A DNA stretch of 54,556 bases from an uncultured Candidatus Saccharibacteria bacterium (GCA_964642835.1 CAZXQA010000001.1:268831-323386), one strand, 5' to 3'. Shown: positions 18,555 to 29,034, numbered from the stretch's first letter. Numbers and translations are program-made. Notes: generated by a model not told the origin, from the sequence alone.

Positions 18555-19943
18555 TTACGAGAGTTTGATGCCAAGTTCCTTCAACTGTTTCTCGGAAACA
18601 GGAGCGGGAGATTCCATCATGAGATCTTTACCTTCACCTGTCTTTGGGAATGCGATCACCTCACGAATATTCGGCTCACCTTGGAGAAGCATGATAAGGC
18701 GGTCGAAGCCCCAAGCAATGCCGCCGTGCGGGGGAGCGCCAGATGCGAGAGCATTCAGCATGTGGCCGAAGTTTGCTTCAATCTCTTCTGTTGGATAGCC
18801 GAGTACTTCAAAGACGGTTTTGAGAAGCTTGGGATCGTGGTTGCGAATACTGCCACCGCCAATCTCGTAACCGTTAAGCACGATGTCGTACTGAGCAGTC
18901 ACAATCTCACCAATTCTCTCCTTGTTGCGAAGCCATTCAGTATGGGCTGGAATAGCGGACGAGAACGGATTGTGGGTGAAAGTCCATTCGCTTCGTTCCC
19001 CCTCTGCCTTTTCAAAGAACGGGAAATCGACAACCCAGCAAAACGCGAGAAGGTTGGGATCGGTTTTGTCTTCGCGGATATCCGGACGGTCGCTGCCATA
19101 TTTCTCCATGGCATCTTTATATGAAATGCGCGGGAACGGAATTTGCTGGATGCGCTTTTCCGGGTAAAGCTCCTTCACAATTTTTATAAGAAGTGCTTCG
19201 TTTAAGTTCATGACATCTTCCTGTGTCACAAAACTCATTTCCAAGTCCATCTGAGTAAACTCAGGCTGTCTATCACCTCGAGTATCTTCATCTCTCATGC
19301 AGCGCACAATCTGGAAGTAACGTTCCAAACCGGCCACCATAAGAAGTTGCTTGTACTGCTGAGGAGATTGCGGAAGGGCGTAGAAATTACCCGGGTAGAG
19401 ACGAGCTGGCACAATATAGTCACGCGCGCCTTCAGGAGTCGATTTGGTAAGATACGGCGTTTCAATCTCGAAGAATCCCTGCTTGTCGAGTTCGTCACGG
19501 ACCATCTTAGCCACCTTGTGACGTATTTTAATATTGCTCTGCAAGCGTGGGCGACGAAGGTCGATGTAGCGGTAGCGGAGACGATTCTCATCACCAATCT
19601 CTTTACCATCACTACGGACGTCGAAAGCTGGGGTCTCAGCCTCGTTAAGGACGATGATCTCCAACACCTCAAGCTCGATCGAGCCGTTCTCACCTTCAGT
19701 ACGGTTCTTCTCGGGTCGCTCGTTGACCTTGCCACGCACACCCACCACCCACTCTGAGCGGAGCGTCTTTGCCGTTTCCATTGCAGGAGAACCTGGCAAC
19801 ACGACCGACTGCGTGCGACTCGTTACATCACGAATATCAAGGAAGATGAGCTTCCCCTGGTCACGACGGACGTCCACCCAGCCAGAAATAGAGACTTCCT
19901 GACCAACATAGTCCTTCAAATCCTTAATATAGGTTCTTTTCAT
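18555..19943 (-). CDS. aspS: aspartate--tRNA ligase, bacterial-type core without GAD insertion (462 aa)
   Basis: FYALPQSPQQYKQLLM and FQIVRCMRDEDTRGDRQPEFTQMDLEMSF are class II motifs, along with GGGSIR. YGSDRPDIR is followed after ~12 aa by WVVDFPFFE. Confidence 0.93.
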   Translation of the reverse strand: MKRTYIKDLKDYVGQEVSISGWVDVRRDQGKLIFLDIRDVTSRTQSVVLPGSPAMETAKTLRSEWVVGVRGKVNERPEKNRTEGENGSIELEVLEIIVLNEAETPAFDVRSDGKEIGDENRLRYRYIDLRRPRLQSNIKIRHKVAKMVRDELDKQGFFEIETPYLTKSTPEGARDYIVPARLYPGNFYALPQSPQQYKQLLMVAGLERYFQIVRCMRDEDTRGDRQPEFTQMDLEMSFVTQEDVMNLNEALLIKIVKELYPEKRIQQIPFPRISYKDAMEKYGSDRPDIREDKTDPNLLAFCWVVDFPFFEKAEGERSEWTFTHNPFSSAIPAHTEWLRNKERIGEIVTAQYDIVLNGYEIGGGSIRNHDPKLLKTVFEVLGYPTEEIEANFGHMLNALASGAPPHGGIAWGFDRLIMLLQGEPNIREVIAFPKTGEGKDLMMESPAPVSEKQLKELGIKLS

Positions 19944-20009
19944 ATAGGCGATATTAACACAAATTAAAGCTGATCGAAACGTTAATTTTGAGCTCTTCCA
20001 GATTCGTAG

Positions 20010-20585
20010 TTATTTAATTCCTACGAAGTGAAAAACGTGCCAGTGTTTCTGAGCTCCTGAGGCAATAAGACCCTCTTTTTCCTCCTCAACAAACTCCTCC
20101 AGGGTAAGACCATGCAAAAGCCCCAATACCTCTTCTTTAGTTTGAAATGTCATATTTTTATCCGCATTGTTCCATCCATCTCTTTCTCCGAAAAATTGTC
20201 CTACTATTACTCCTTCTTTCTTGAGAGAGGATAATAATTTTATAAAAAAATTATTGAAACCTTCTTTACCGTAAAAAGGTAAAGCATATTGAGCAGTAAT
20301 AAGATCGTAATATTCTTCCGGAAGCTCTACGTCTTGGAAAGATGATACTTTGATTTCAAGTCTGCTATCTACTATTCCCTTTGCAAATTCTTTAATCTCT
20401 GGAGAGCTGTCAACACTAACCACCTTCTCAAAGCCTGAATCGAGTAGAAATTTAGACTCTACCAATGTACCTGCACCCAGGTCCAAAGCACAACCTTTAT
20501 TCTTACAAAAAGAGAGGGCTCTAACTAAAATAGGCCTTGGAGGGCGGGAGAGGTGTTTACTATAATAAGTTTGCCAATCAGTCAT
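20010..20585 (-). CDS. class I SAM-dependent methyltransferase
   Basis: ALDLGAGTLVESKFLL is motif I (GxGxG type), followed by an acidic VVSVDSS. The gene is clearly AT-richer than its flanks. Confidence 0.8.
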   Translation of the reverse strand: MTDWQTYYSKHLSRPPRPILVRALSFCKNKGCALDLGAGTLVESKFLLDSGFEKVVSVDSSPEIKEFAKGIVDSRLEIKVSSFQDVELPEEYYDLITAQYALPFYGKEGFNNFFIKLLSSLKKEGVIVGQFFGERDGWNNADKNMTFQTKEEVLGLLHGLTLEEFVEEEKEGLIASGAQKHWHVFHFVGIK

Positions 20586-20601
20586 AGGAACTTGGCTGTT
20601 C

Positions 20602-21552
20602 TTAATAAAGCTTTAGACCAACAGCTTTTCTCACCTCTTCCATCTTCTTCTCTGCGCGTTCGTAAGCGACCTTGCCACCACTCTTCAATACTTCGAGCAC
20701 GGCGGCCTTATCTTCCTCAAGCGCCTGGCGCTTCTCGCGCATGGGACCAATGAAAGCTTTGAGGTCTTCGATCAAGAGTTCCTTCAACTTCTTGTACTGG
20801 CCCTTGTTCTCGGCATAGATCACTTCAAGATCATTCTTGTTGCGCAGAAGCGCGTGGATGGCATAGACGTTCGTCGGAATCTCCGAGCCAGAATCCGTAA
20901 CGATACCCATGACCGCCTTCTCGATTTCTTCATCAGTCGCGAAGAGTGGAATCGTGTTGCCATAGCTCTTACTCATCTTCTGGCCGTCGGTACCCGGCAC
21001 CGTTGCCACATCTTTTACAATCATGGGCTCGGGAAGAGTGAACGTTTCGCCGAAAACGCGGTTAAACTTCTCCGCGATATCGCGCGCGATCTCCACATGC
21101 TGCTTCTGGTCCTGGCCTACAGGGACGATCTCCGGGTTCTGGATAAGAATATCGGCGGCCATGAGGACCGGGTAGTCGAAGACGCCGACATTAATCTCCT
21201 TGTTCTTGGCTTCGGCATCCTTGAAGGCGTGAGCGCGCATGAGATACGGCATGGTCGTGAGGCAGTTGAAGATCCACGCAAGTTCTGTCACCTGCGGCAC
21301 ATCGGATTGTTTGAAGAGGGTGACATTCTTGGGATCGAGGCCAATAGTCATGTAGTCGAGAAGCACCCCGAGTGTCGCCTCCTCCATCTCCTGCTTATTC
21401 TGAACGCTCGTAAGCGCGTGGAGGTCAGCAACGAAGACGTAGCTCTCGTAATCATTCTGAAGGTCGACGAATTGCTTCATCGCGCCGAAATAGTTGCCGA
21501 TATGCGGCCGCCCGGTTGGCTTTACTCCCGAGAGCAGAATCTTTTTTGACAT
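20602..21552 (-). CDS. trpS: tryptophan--tRNA ligase
   Basis: SGVKPTGRPHIGNYFGA is the HIGH-type motif and KMSKS is present. It is 316 aa long. Confidence 0.93.
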   Translation of the reverse strand: MSKKILLSGVKPTGRPHIGNYFGAMKQFVDLQNDYESYVFVADLHALTSVQNKQEMEEATLGVLLDYMTIGLDPKNVTLFKQSDVPQVTELAWIFNCLTTMPYLMRAHAFKDAEAKNKEINVGVFDYPVLMAADILIQNPEIVPVGQDQKQHVEIARDIAEKFNRVFGETFTLPEPMIVKDVATVPGTDGQKMSKSYGNTIPLFATDEEIEKAVMGIVTDSGSEIPTNVYAIHALLRNKNDLEVIYAENKGQYKKLKELLIEDLKAFIGPMREKRQALEEDKAAVLEVLKSGGKVAYERAEKKMEEVRKAVGLKLY

Positions 21553-21610
21553 GGGTTTATCGTACCAAGAAAAGCCTTTGTTTGAAACGGTTTCTTCCCT
21601 TCCTCAGCAC

Positions 21611-21638
21611 TTGACTTTAGCCACAAAAATGATATTAT
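21611..21638 (+). promoter_or_regulatory. sigma-70-like promoter (TTGACT-16-TATTAT with TGn)
   Basis: TTGACT lies at 21611-21616 and tga-TATTAT at 21633-21638, upstream of the ABC transporter gene. Confidence 0.55.
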
Positions 21639-21678
21639 TAGGAGTGGACTGTTCACAATTCTCGAAGGGAGAAGCTAA

Positions 21679-23469
21679 TTGCGAAAACAACGAAGAAACC
21701 TCAACAAAGAGACGCTCAGGCTCTACTGGCAACACTCTAAAAAATACTGGTCGCTCACAAGCACCTGTATTGTCGGAGTCACGCTTGTCATCGGACTCGA
21801 CGTTACTTCACCAATCATCTTCAAGCAATTCTTCGACATGCTCGCGAATGCGACTGCAGACACAAGAAGTGCTCAGTTGGTGAATGCGATCTACTGGGCA
21901 ATCCTTCCGATCGCCGCGATCAAGATCCTGACGTTTTTCTGCTGGCGGACGATCATGTGGGCGCTTTCGAAATTCCTCAGTGTTGCCATGAAAGATATGA
22001 GTGACATGAGCTACGCCTACCTGCAGAAACACTCCACGCGCTTCTTTAGTGATGCGTTCGGAGGAGCTCTCGTCCAGCGAGTTAATCGCTTCACGGGAGG
22101 ATTTCAAGTGATCGCGGAACAGTTTCTCATGCATCTGGGCCAAACGATTCTCCGAGTAGTGCTCGTTCTTGGGGTGCTCTTCTGGTACAACAAAGTACTT
22201 GGGAGCATCTTCCTCGTCTGGGCACTTATTCTCACCACGTTCAACTACTCTTTTTCCAAGTACAAAATGAAGTTTGACTTGGTAAGAGCAGAAATCGATA
22301 CGAGGGTGACGGCTCGTCTGGCAGATACGATTACCAACGCAGTGAATCTCAAGCTCTTCGCCGGTACCAACCGGGAAATCGGAGAGTTCGAGAAAGTCAC
22401 CGGTGAACATCAGCGGGCTCGCTATAAGTCTTGGATGGTTGGATGGACCTACGAAGCCGTACAAGGCTTTTCGGGGAGAGCGATGGAAATCATCATGCTC
22501 CTCGTCGCAGTGAAATACTGGAGTATGGGCCAGCTCACTATCGGAGATCTTGTCATGTTGCGTTCGTATCTCGAGCAGTTACAAGAAGAGGTACGCGCTC
22601 TGGGCGGAAACATTCGTAATACCTACGAAGCCCTCGCCAATGCAAACGAGATGACTGAAATCCTCATGACAGAACATGAGATCATCGATCAGCCGGGCGC
22701 AGCAGTGCTCCAGGTGGCGAAAGGTGAAGTCGAGTTTCGCGCCATTCAGTTCTCCTACCACACCGGCAATCGGATCATCCTTAAGGATTTCTCTCTCAAG
22801 ACATTACCGGGAGAGAAAGTGGGCGTGGTGGGTCCTTCAGGCGGCGGCAAGTCCACCGTCCTCAAGGTACTCGTGCGCCTCTACGACATCCAGGAAGGAC
22901 ACATTCTGGTCGACGGACAGGATATCGCGATGGTGACGCAAGACAGTCTCCACCGTAGTATCGCCTACGTGCCGCAGGATCCGATGCTCTTCCATCGCAG
23001 TTTAATGGAGAACATCCGGTACTCGCGGCCCGAAGCGACGGACGCAGAAGTCCTCAAGGCAGCCGAACTTGCTCACTGCCACGAGTTCATCTCTTCCTTC
23101 CCTGAAAGGTACAACACCCTCGTCGGCGAACGCGGTGTGAAGCTCTCAGGTGGAGAAAAACAACGCGTTGCAATCGCCCGGGCCATTCTCATGAATGCCC
23201 CGATCCTCGTCCTCGACGAGGCGACCTCAAGCCTCGACTCCGAGTCCGAACTCTTCATCCAGGATTCGCTTTCGAAGTTCATGCCGGGAAAAACGGTCAT
23301 CGCCGTCGCCCACCGGCTTGCGACCATTCAGAAGATGGACCGCATCGTCGTCGTGAAAGACGGACGCGTCGTCGAAGAAGGCCGACATGACCTTCTGCTG
23401 AAAATCGAGGACGGTCACTATCAGCGACTCTGGGGTCTCCAGACGGCTGACACTGAAACTGTACATTAA
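21679..23469 (+). CDS. ABC exporter, fused permease/ATPase (MsbA/type I exporter-like)
   Basis: Six TM segments are followed by GPSGGGKST (Walker A), LSGGEKQRVAIARA (signature) and ILVLDEATS (Walker B). The start is TTG. Confidence 0.9.
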   Translation: MRKQRRNLNKETLRLYWQHSKKYWSLTSTCIVGVTLVIGLDVTSPIIFKQFFDMLANATADTRSAQLVNAIYWAILPIAAIKILTFFCWRTIMWALSKFLSVAMKDMSDMSYAYLQKHSTRFFSDAFGGALVQRVNRFTGGFQVIAEQFLMHLGQTILRVVLVLGVLFWYNKVLGSIFLVWALILTTFNYSFSKYKMKFDLVRAEIDTRVTARLADTITNAVNLKLFAGTNREIGEFEKVTGEHQRARYKSWMVGWTYEAVQGFSGRAMEIIMLLVAVKYWSMGQLTIGDLVMLRSYLEQLQEEVRALGGNIRNTYEALANANEMTEILMTEHEIIDQPGAAVLQVAKGEVEFRAIQFSYHTGNRIILKDFSLKTLPGEKVGVVGPSGGGKSTVLKVLVRLYDIQEGHILVDGQDIAMVTQDSLHRSIAYVPQDPMLFHRSLMENIRYSRPEATDAEVLKAAELAHCHEFISSFPERYNTLVGERGVKLSGGEKQRVAIARAILMNAPILVLDEATSSLDSESELFIQDSLSKFMPGKTVIAVAHRLATIQKMDRIVVVKDGRVVEEGRHDLLLKIEDGHYQRLWGLQTADTETVH

Positions 23470-23493
23470 CTAAATCGGTCCCTAAACATGTTT

Positions 23494-23522
23494 AAAGAGC
23501 GCCTGACCAGCGCTCTTTTTCT
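23494..23522. terminator. bidirectional intrinsic terminator
   Basis: aaagagcgc-ctgacca-gcgctcttttt. Confidence 0.8.
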
Positions 23523-23527
23523 TTGCT

Positions 23528-23830
23528 TTATTTTTCGCCTTTCAGGATAATCCGCTCTTCAAAGCCGCCTCGCTCTTCCCTCTTTTCTAACCGAATCCGC
23601 TCGACGTCCGCGTACTCCGGTAAGCGCTTGAGTGCTTCGACAACCTCAAGCACATCAGCCAGCTCCGCAGCATCTCCTGCCTCGGCAAATTCCGCCGCCT
23701 CTTCCTGCAATTTCTTTATAAGTTCTGCTTTGTATTCTTCGGCAGAGGCGATTCTCTTTTCGTACGCAATCCCCTTTGCGTCCAAGATCCCCGGAATCCT
23801 GTCCCTCACAAGTTTGTTATAGGAAACCAT
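23528..23830 (-). CDS. MazG-like/PRA-PH-like nucleoside triphosphate pyrophosphohydrolase
   Basis: MVSYNKLVRDRIPGIL...KLQEEAAEF...ELADVLEVVEAL...REERGGF is the small all-alpha NTP-PPase pattern. The ATG at 23830 lies 1 nt after the pepF stop. Confidence 0.8.
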   Translation of the reverse strand: MVSYNKLVRDRIPGILDAKGIAYEKRIASAEEYKAELIKKLQEEAAEFAEAGDAAELADVLEVVEALKRLPEYADVERIRLEKREERGGFEERIILKGEK

Positions 23831-23831
23831 G

Positions 23832-25595
23832 CTACTTTGCTCGCGAGACCAATTTCTCAAGCTTCGCGATATCACGCTCAATAGCCTTGAGACCCGTGGC
23901 AAAGAAGGCGGGGTCTGAGGTATCAATCCCGATTTTCTTGAAGATATCCTTCGGGCTCATGGAGGAACCGGCGGAGAGGAATTGCTCAATCTTCTTAATG
24001 TAACTCGGATCAGCCTTCCACTTCTCAAAAAGAGCGCGACTTATAAGCTGACCGTACACATATGAGTATACGTAGAAGAAATAGCGCACATGAGGCAAGC
24101 GGACGAAGAAGTATCCATCGTCATCCGACATCTCGACGGCATCGCCAAGGAACCTCTTGAAATGCTTCTTCATAAGCTTCGCCATATCAACTCCGGAGAG
24201 CGCTCCTTCCATACGGATGCGGTTGTGAAGCTCCGTTTCGAAGTTAAAGAGAGTGGTCTGAAGGAAAATGGTTGAGAGATCTCCGTTAATCCTGTTGTGT
24301 AGGGAAATAAGATAATCCTTCTCATCCAAGACCTTCTCAAGCTTCGCTAAAGCCACCTGTTCAAAGAAGGTGCTGGCCACCTCGGCAACCGACATCGTGT
24401 AGTCGCGATAATGGAACGGCTGCACGCGGCTAAGCTCGGTGTGGAAAGCGTGCCCCATCTCGTGCGCCAAGGTCTCATACGAGCGCATGTTATCGGTGTG
24501 GTTCAAAAGAATGTACGTCGGCATGTCTCCCCCGCCCGAACAATAGGCCCCATCACGCTTGCCGCGTCGAGGATATACATCTACTTGGCCGTTCTCAAGA
24601 TACGATTTAAAAATAGCAGGATACTTTGGGTCTACTTCGGCGAAGCTTTGCATAACAAGCTCGCACGTCTCGGCGAAGGTGAATTTCTTCTTTACCTCTC
24701 CCATCTTCGCATTCCTGTCTGCAAAATTAATCTTCTTCTCCTTCTGGATCTTGGCCTGAAGTTTGAAGAAGCGCTGACTGATACGAAAGTTCTTTGACAC
24801 CAGAGCGATCAGGTTCTCAACTGTCTTCTCATCATTCTCGTAGCTCGCGATAGTGGCACTATATGGTTTCTTGTATCCACGGCGCTCGTCCATGATCTTC
24901 TTGTACGTCACGATGGCGTTTATCTCGGCCTCGGCGAAGTGGGCTACCGACTTCACGGTGGTGTTGAGAGCATCATTGAGCGCCTTTCTCTCCCCTTTCG
25001 GCAACTCATTGATCATCGCCGTAGCTTTAGGGATTGGTAAATCTTCGCCCTTATAGGAAACAGACTGAGCATTGAGAAGCTTGCTCTGACCAGTGGTCCA
25101 GGAAGTCATCCCTGGTTGTGACAAGAGACTCGCAAGCTGCTCCTCACCCTCTGGTAAGTGATGCTTCGCTCCCTCAAAGAGTACTTTGAGCATGTACGCG
25201 TAATCCTTAAGAAGAGGGTGCTTGAGATACGCCTTCTGCAAGGTTCCTGGCACCCGACCCAACGCCAACTTCAAGAAAGTCGTGCGATTACCAGCCGCCA
25301 CGATACGTTCCCGAATCTGCACCAGTCTCGCCGCCACTTTCTCATCGGCAGAGTTCGTATCATTTTTCAAATGGAAATAGCGCCACGGCTTATTATCCTG
25401 CCCGACACGAAGGAGAGTTTCGTAAGCATCAAGAGCTCTTTTAAGCTTCTCCGGCGTACTCGTAAAATCTTTTCCTTTATATTTCTTCTCAAAAGCTGCG
25501 GCGGCCTGTTCAAGGGCTTTGATATCCTTCTCAATCTGCGGGTCAGTGTCGCTTTTGTAGAGAAGCTTGAGGTTCCAGGTTTCTTTAATGTTCAT
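23832..25595 (-). CDS. pepF: M3B family oligoendopeptidase F
   Basis: HEMGHAFH is the zinc motif. The size (587 aa) and overall pattern fit PepF. Confidence 0.88.
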   Translation of the reverse strand: MNIKETWNLKLLYKSDTDPQIEKDIKALEQAAAAFEKKYKGKDFTSTPEKLKRALDAYETLLRVGQDNKPWRYFHLKNDTNSADEKVAARLVQIRERIVAAGNRTTFLKLALGRVPGTLQKAYLKHPLLKDYAYMLKVLFEGAKHHLPEGEEQLASLLSQPGMTSWTTGQSKLLNAQSVSYKGEDLPIPKATAMINELPKGERKALNDALNTTVKSVAHFAEAEINAIVTYKKIMDERRGYKKPYSATIASYENDEKTVENLIALVSKNFRISQRFFKLQAKIQKEKKINFADRNAKMGEVKKKFTFAETCELVMQSFAEVDPKYPAIFKSYLENGQVDVYPRRGKRDGAYCSGGGDMPTYILLNHTDNMRSYETLAHEMGHAFHTELSRVQPFHYRDYTMSVAEVASTFFEQVALAKLEKVLDEKDYLISLHNRINGDLSTIFLQTTLFNFETELHNRIRMEGALSGVDMAKLMKKHFKRFLGDAVEMSDDDGYFFVRLPHVRYFFYVYSYVYGQLISRALFEKWKADPSYIKKIEQFLSAGSSMSPKDIFKKIGIDTSDPAFFATGLKAIERDIAKLEKLVSRAK

Positions 25596-25604
25596 GAATA
25601 TGTG

Positions 25605-26471
25605 TTAAATCCCCTGTTTCTTTAACTCCTCGACAAGCTTCTTCTGCTCCTTGGACAATTTCTCGGGAATATCGATAAGTGTTCTCACGTACAAGTCTCC
25701 GCGCTTGCCGGTTGGAGTTCCTTCGTATGGCACGCCCTTCCCCTTCACGCGCAGAATCGTGCCATGGCGCGTGCCAGCGGGTACCTTAAGCGTGATCTCG
25801 CCATCGAGCGTCGAGATAGGGCGTTCGCCACCCAAGAGGGCCTCGGTAAGCTTCACGGGGAGATCCATGACGAGGTTGTAACCCTCCTTTCTCAAGTGTG
25901 AATGCTTCCGTACGTGGACCTTCACGTAGAGGTCACCAGCCACACCACCTTCGAGTGTCTCGCCCATGCCGGTGAGACGAATCATCTGACCATCGTCGAT
26001 ACCAGGTGGGACATTGATACCCACTTCCTTCTGCTTCACGAGCTTCGAGTTGATAACAACCTTCCTCTCCGTACCGAAAACAGATTCCTGAAAAGAGAGT
26101 TCGATGTCGACGGCAATATCGCGCCCGCGACGCATGCGTCGACCGCCAAAGATCGAAGAGAGAATGTCTCCCAAGTCTCCATTATCGAAGCCGCCCGTGC
26201 CAAAGCCCGAGAAGTCGAAACCGAATCCATTTGGGTCGAAGCCGCCGAAGCCGCTCGCTCCACCTCCTGCCCCCATGCCGCCCGCGTCATACTGAGCGCG
26301 CTTCTCCTTGTCGGAGAGAACGGCGTAAGCCTCGGAAGCCTCTTTGAACTTCGCTTCATCTCCCCCTTTCTTGTCGGGGTGATGCGCGTGCGCGAGCTTC
26401 CTGAACGCCTTTTTAATCTCGTCTTCCGAGGCGTTCTTCTCGACTCCTAAGATCTTGTAATAGTCCTTCAT
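25605..26471 (-). CDS. dnaJ: J-domain co-chaperone DnaJ/CbpA-type lacking the Cys-rich zinc-finger domain
   Basis: YYKILGV...HHPDK is the J domain, followed by a G/F-rich linker and C-terminal substrate-binding domains. The whole protein contains no cysteine. Confidence 0.88.
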   Translation of the reverse strand: MKDYYKILGVEKNASEDEIKKAFRKLAHAHHPDKKGGDEAKFKEASEAYAVLSDKEKRAQYDAGGMGAGGGASGFGGFDPNGFGFDFSGFGTGGFDNGDLGDILSSIFGGRRMRRGRDIAVDIELSFQESVFGTERKVVINSKLVKQKEVGINVPPGIDDGQMIRLTGMGETLEGGVAGDLYVKVHVRKHSHLRKEGYNLVMDLPVKLTEALLGGERPISTLDGEITLKVPAGTRHGTILRVKGKGVPYEGTPTGKRGDLYVRTLIDIPEKLSKEQKKLVEELKKQGI

Positions 26472-28375
26472 TACTTCGTCTCCGCGTCTTTGATGTCAGG
26501 ATTTTCTTCCGGCTTCTGTTCAGGAGCTGCGGCGTCGGCAGGAGCCGCTTGCTGATTTTTGCTCATCCACTCACCAATCTTCTGCATCTCAGTCGAGAGG
26601 GCTTCGGTCGCGGACTTCAAGGATTCAATGGTGCCTCCATCCTTCTCTTTCTTCAGTGCATCGATCTTACCCTGCACAGCAGTCTTAATATCTTCCGGAA
26701 GCGTCGGGGCATCCTTCAAGGACTTCTCGGCCGTGTAGGTGAGCTGCTCGGCCATATTGCGAGCATCAACTAAGTCCTTCTTCTTCGCATCTTCGCCGGC
26801 GTTCGCTTCAGCATCCTTCTGCATCTTCTCGATCTCATCCTTCGAGAGACCTGAGGAAGCTTCGATACGGATACTCTGTTCCTTGTTTGTCGTCTTGTCC
26901 TTGGCTTTCACATTGAGGATGCCGTTCGCGTCGACGTCGAAGGTCACTTCGACTTGCGGCATACCGCGTGGAGCCGGTGGGATACCATCGAGGATGAAGC
27001 GGCCCAAGGACTTGTTGTCCGAGGCCATAGCGCGTTCACCTTGGACGATGTGGATCTCGACAGACGTCTGGTTGTCGGCGGCGGTCGAGAAGACTTGCGA
27101 CTTCGCGGAAGGAATCGTCGTGTTCTTTTCAATAAGCTTCGTTGCCACACCTCCCATCGTCTCAATACCAAGAGAGAGCGGGATAACGTCGAGGAGGAGA
27201 ACGTCCTTCACGTCACCAGCGAGAATACCACCCTGAATCGCGGCGCCGAGGGCCACCACTTCGTCGGGGTTAATACTCTTGTTTGGCTCCTTACCGAAGA
27301 AGGCCTTGGCTGCTTCGACGAGAGCGGGCATGCGAGTCTGACCACCGACGAGAATGACTTCGTCGATATCTCCCACCTTAAAGGGCGAAGCTTCCATGGC
27401 GCGCTTCGTGATTTCCATGGCGCGGTCAACGAACTCACGCGAGAGTTCCTCGAGCTTGGCACGGGTCATCTTCATGAGAAGGTGACGCGGACCAGAGGCG
27501 TCGGAAGTGATAAATGGGATATTGATCTCGGTCTCCGTTGCAGTAGAGAGCTCAATCTTTGCCTTCTCGGCGGCCTCATCCAAGCGCTGGAGGGCCAAGG
27601 CGTCGGAGCGCACGTCGATACCGGACTCCTTCTTAAATTCTTCCGCAATATAGTTCAGGATTTTCTGGTCGATATCCTTACCACCCAAGTGGGAGTCGCC
27701 GTCGGTCGACTTCACTTCGACAACATCATCACCCACTTCGAGGATCGAGACGTCGAAGGTTCCGCCACCGAAGTCGAAAACCGCGATCTTCTCGTTCTTC
27801 TTCTTATTAAAGCCATACGCGAGCGCGGCGGCCGTCGGCTCGTTGATGATGCGGAGCACTTCGAGGCCGGCGATTTGGCCAGCGTCCTTCGTCGCCTGGC
27901 GCTGCGAGTCGTTGAAGTAAGCCGGTACGGTGATGATGGCCTGAGTGACCTTCTCACCAAGACGAGCTTCGGCGTCGGCCTTCAACTTCTGGAGAATCAT
28001 GGCGGAAATTTCTTCCGGGCGATACTCCTTCTCCCCCATTCTTACTAAAACCCCTTCCCCGCCTGCTCCCGAACTATCGTGAGGGCGGGCAGGCTTCATC
28101 TCATACGGCACCGTCACCTTGTCCTTCTGCACGGCCGGGTCAGAGAAGGTGTGGCCGATGAAGCGTTTGATGCCGAAGACGGTGTTCTTCGGATTCGTCA
28201 CTGCCTGACGCTTAGAGAGAAGACCCACGAGTCGCTCACCCGTCTTTGAAACCGCGACAATAGAAGGCGTTGTGCGAGCGCCTTCCGCGTTCTCCAAGAT
28301 CTTCGGAGCGCCGGCTTCCATAACCGCCACTGCCGAGTTCGTCGTGCCCAAGTCGATACCGATGATTTTTGCCAT
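26471..28375 (-). CDS. dnaK: molecular chaperone DnaK (Hsp70)
   Basis: [26 protein letters not shown] and [11 protein letters not shown] are Hsp70 signatures. Confidence 0.97.
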   Translation of the reverse strand: MAKIIGIDLGTTNSAVAVMEAGAPKILENAEGARTTPSIVAVSKTGERLVGLLSKRQAVTNPKNTVFGIKRFIGHTFSDPAVQKDKVTVPYEMKPARPHDSSGAGGEGVLVRMGEKEYRPEEISAMILQKLKADAEARLGEKVTQAIITVPAYFNDSQRQATKDAGQIAGLEVLRIINEPTAAALAYGFNKKKNEKIAVFDFGGGTFDVSILEVGDDVVEVKSTDGDSHLGGKDIDQKILNYIAEEFKKESGIDVRSDALALQRLDEAAEKAKIELSTATETEINIPFITSDASGPRHLLMKMTRAKLEELSREFVDRAMEITKRAMEASPFKVGDIDEVILVGGQTRMPALVEAAKAFFGKEPNKSINPDEVVALGAAIQGGILAGDVKDVLLLDVIPLSLGIETMGGVATKLIEKNTTIPSAKSQVFSTAADNQTSVEIHIVQGERAMASDNKSLGRFILDGIPPAPRGMPQVEVTFDVDANGILNVKAKDKTTNKEQSIRIEASSGLSKDEIEKMQKDAEANAGEDAKKKDLVDARNMAEQLTYTAEKSLKDAPTLPEDIKTAVQGKIDALKKEKDGGTIESLKSATEALSTEMQKIGEWMSKNQQAAPADAAAPEQKPEENPDIKDAETK

Positions 28376-28411
28376 ATGTGTAGTAGATAGTGGTTAGTAA
28401 ATGGTAGACAG

Positions 28412-28942
28412 TTAACCCTGGTATTCCCCAATCTTCACCTTCGCCGCCCGCACCACCTTCCCCGCCAAGCTGTATCCCTTCTGAAGAACTTGGATCACCG
28501 TGTGGTCTCTTTCTTTCTCCGTCACGGGCTCCATGCTGATTGCCTCGTGGAAGCGGGGGTCGAACGGTTCTCCGAGAGGTTCCACTTCCTCGAGACCCTT
28601 ACTCTTTAAGACGGAGAGAAACTGTTTATAAATGGGTTCGAGTCCCGTCTGGCCGGCGGCGATAGCTATAGTAAAGCTATCGAGGACGGGAATCAATTCC
28701 TCGAGGAGGCCTTGATTCGCGAACTTCAAGAACTCCATCTTCGCCTCTTCGTCACGTTTGCGAATGTTGACGAAGTCGGCCTGCGCGCGTTGCCACCCGT
28801 CCAAATTCTCCTTCGCCTTCTCCTCTGCCACCTTCAACTTGTCCTTCAACTTTTTGATCGAGGCGCCTTGGGATTCTTCAGCGAGCACTGAATCATCGAG
28901 CGCGTCATCTTGTTCTATCGAGATATCGTTTTCATCGTTCAT
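28412..28942 (-). CDS. grpE: nucleotide exchange factor GrpE
   Basis: An acidic N-terminus is followed by RAQADFVNIRKR and a C-terminal beta domain. I prefer the ATG at 28942. The ORF track's 28993 start is a TTG lying within the divergent promoter. Confidence 0.88.
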   Translation of the reverse strand: MNDENDISIEQDDALDDSVLAEESQGASIKKLKDKLKVAEEKAKENLDGWQRAQADFVNIRKRDEEAKMEFLKFANQGLLEELIPVLDSFTIAIAAGQTGLEPIYKQFLSVLKSKGLEEVEPLGEPFDPRFHEAISMEPVTEKERDHTVIQVLQKGYSLAGKVVRAAKVKIGEYQG

Positions 28943-28986
28943 AGTGCACATAGAATACTGAAATTGGAAGGGCAAATCAAGCATAC

Positions 28987-29015
28987 TTGACAAATAGTCT
29001 ATTTGGGTGTATGAT
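28987..29015 (+). promoter_or_regulatory. sigma-70-like promoter (TTGACA-17-TATGAT)
   Basis: TTGACA lies at 28987-28992 and TATGAT at 29010-29015. GGAGG and the ATG at 29035 follow. Confidence 0.6.
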
Positions 29016-29034
29016 AGTAAACGGAGGTTTGGAC

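Noticed and set aside
23831-23926. An N-terminal extension of the MazG-like ORF to 23926.
   Set aside because: The extension overlaps the pepF 3' end by ~95 nt. The family-typical MVSYNKLVRDRIP begins at the ATG at 23830.
26954-28048. A 364-aa + ORF. Similar long antisense ORFs occur at 11652..12554, 13737..14561, 14904..15749, 32213..33145 and 35232..36209.
   Set aside because: All are antisense to strongly identified genes (dnaK, the DUF2914-like gene, mraY/asnB, rpsK/rpsM, alaS). They have low-complexity Arg/Leu/Glu-rich composition.
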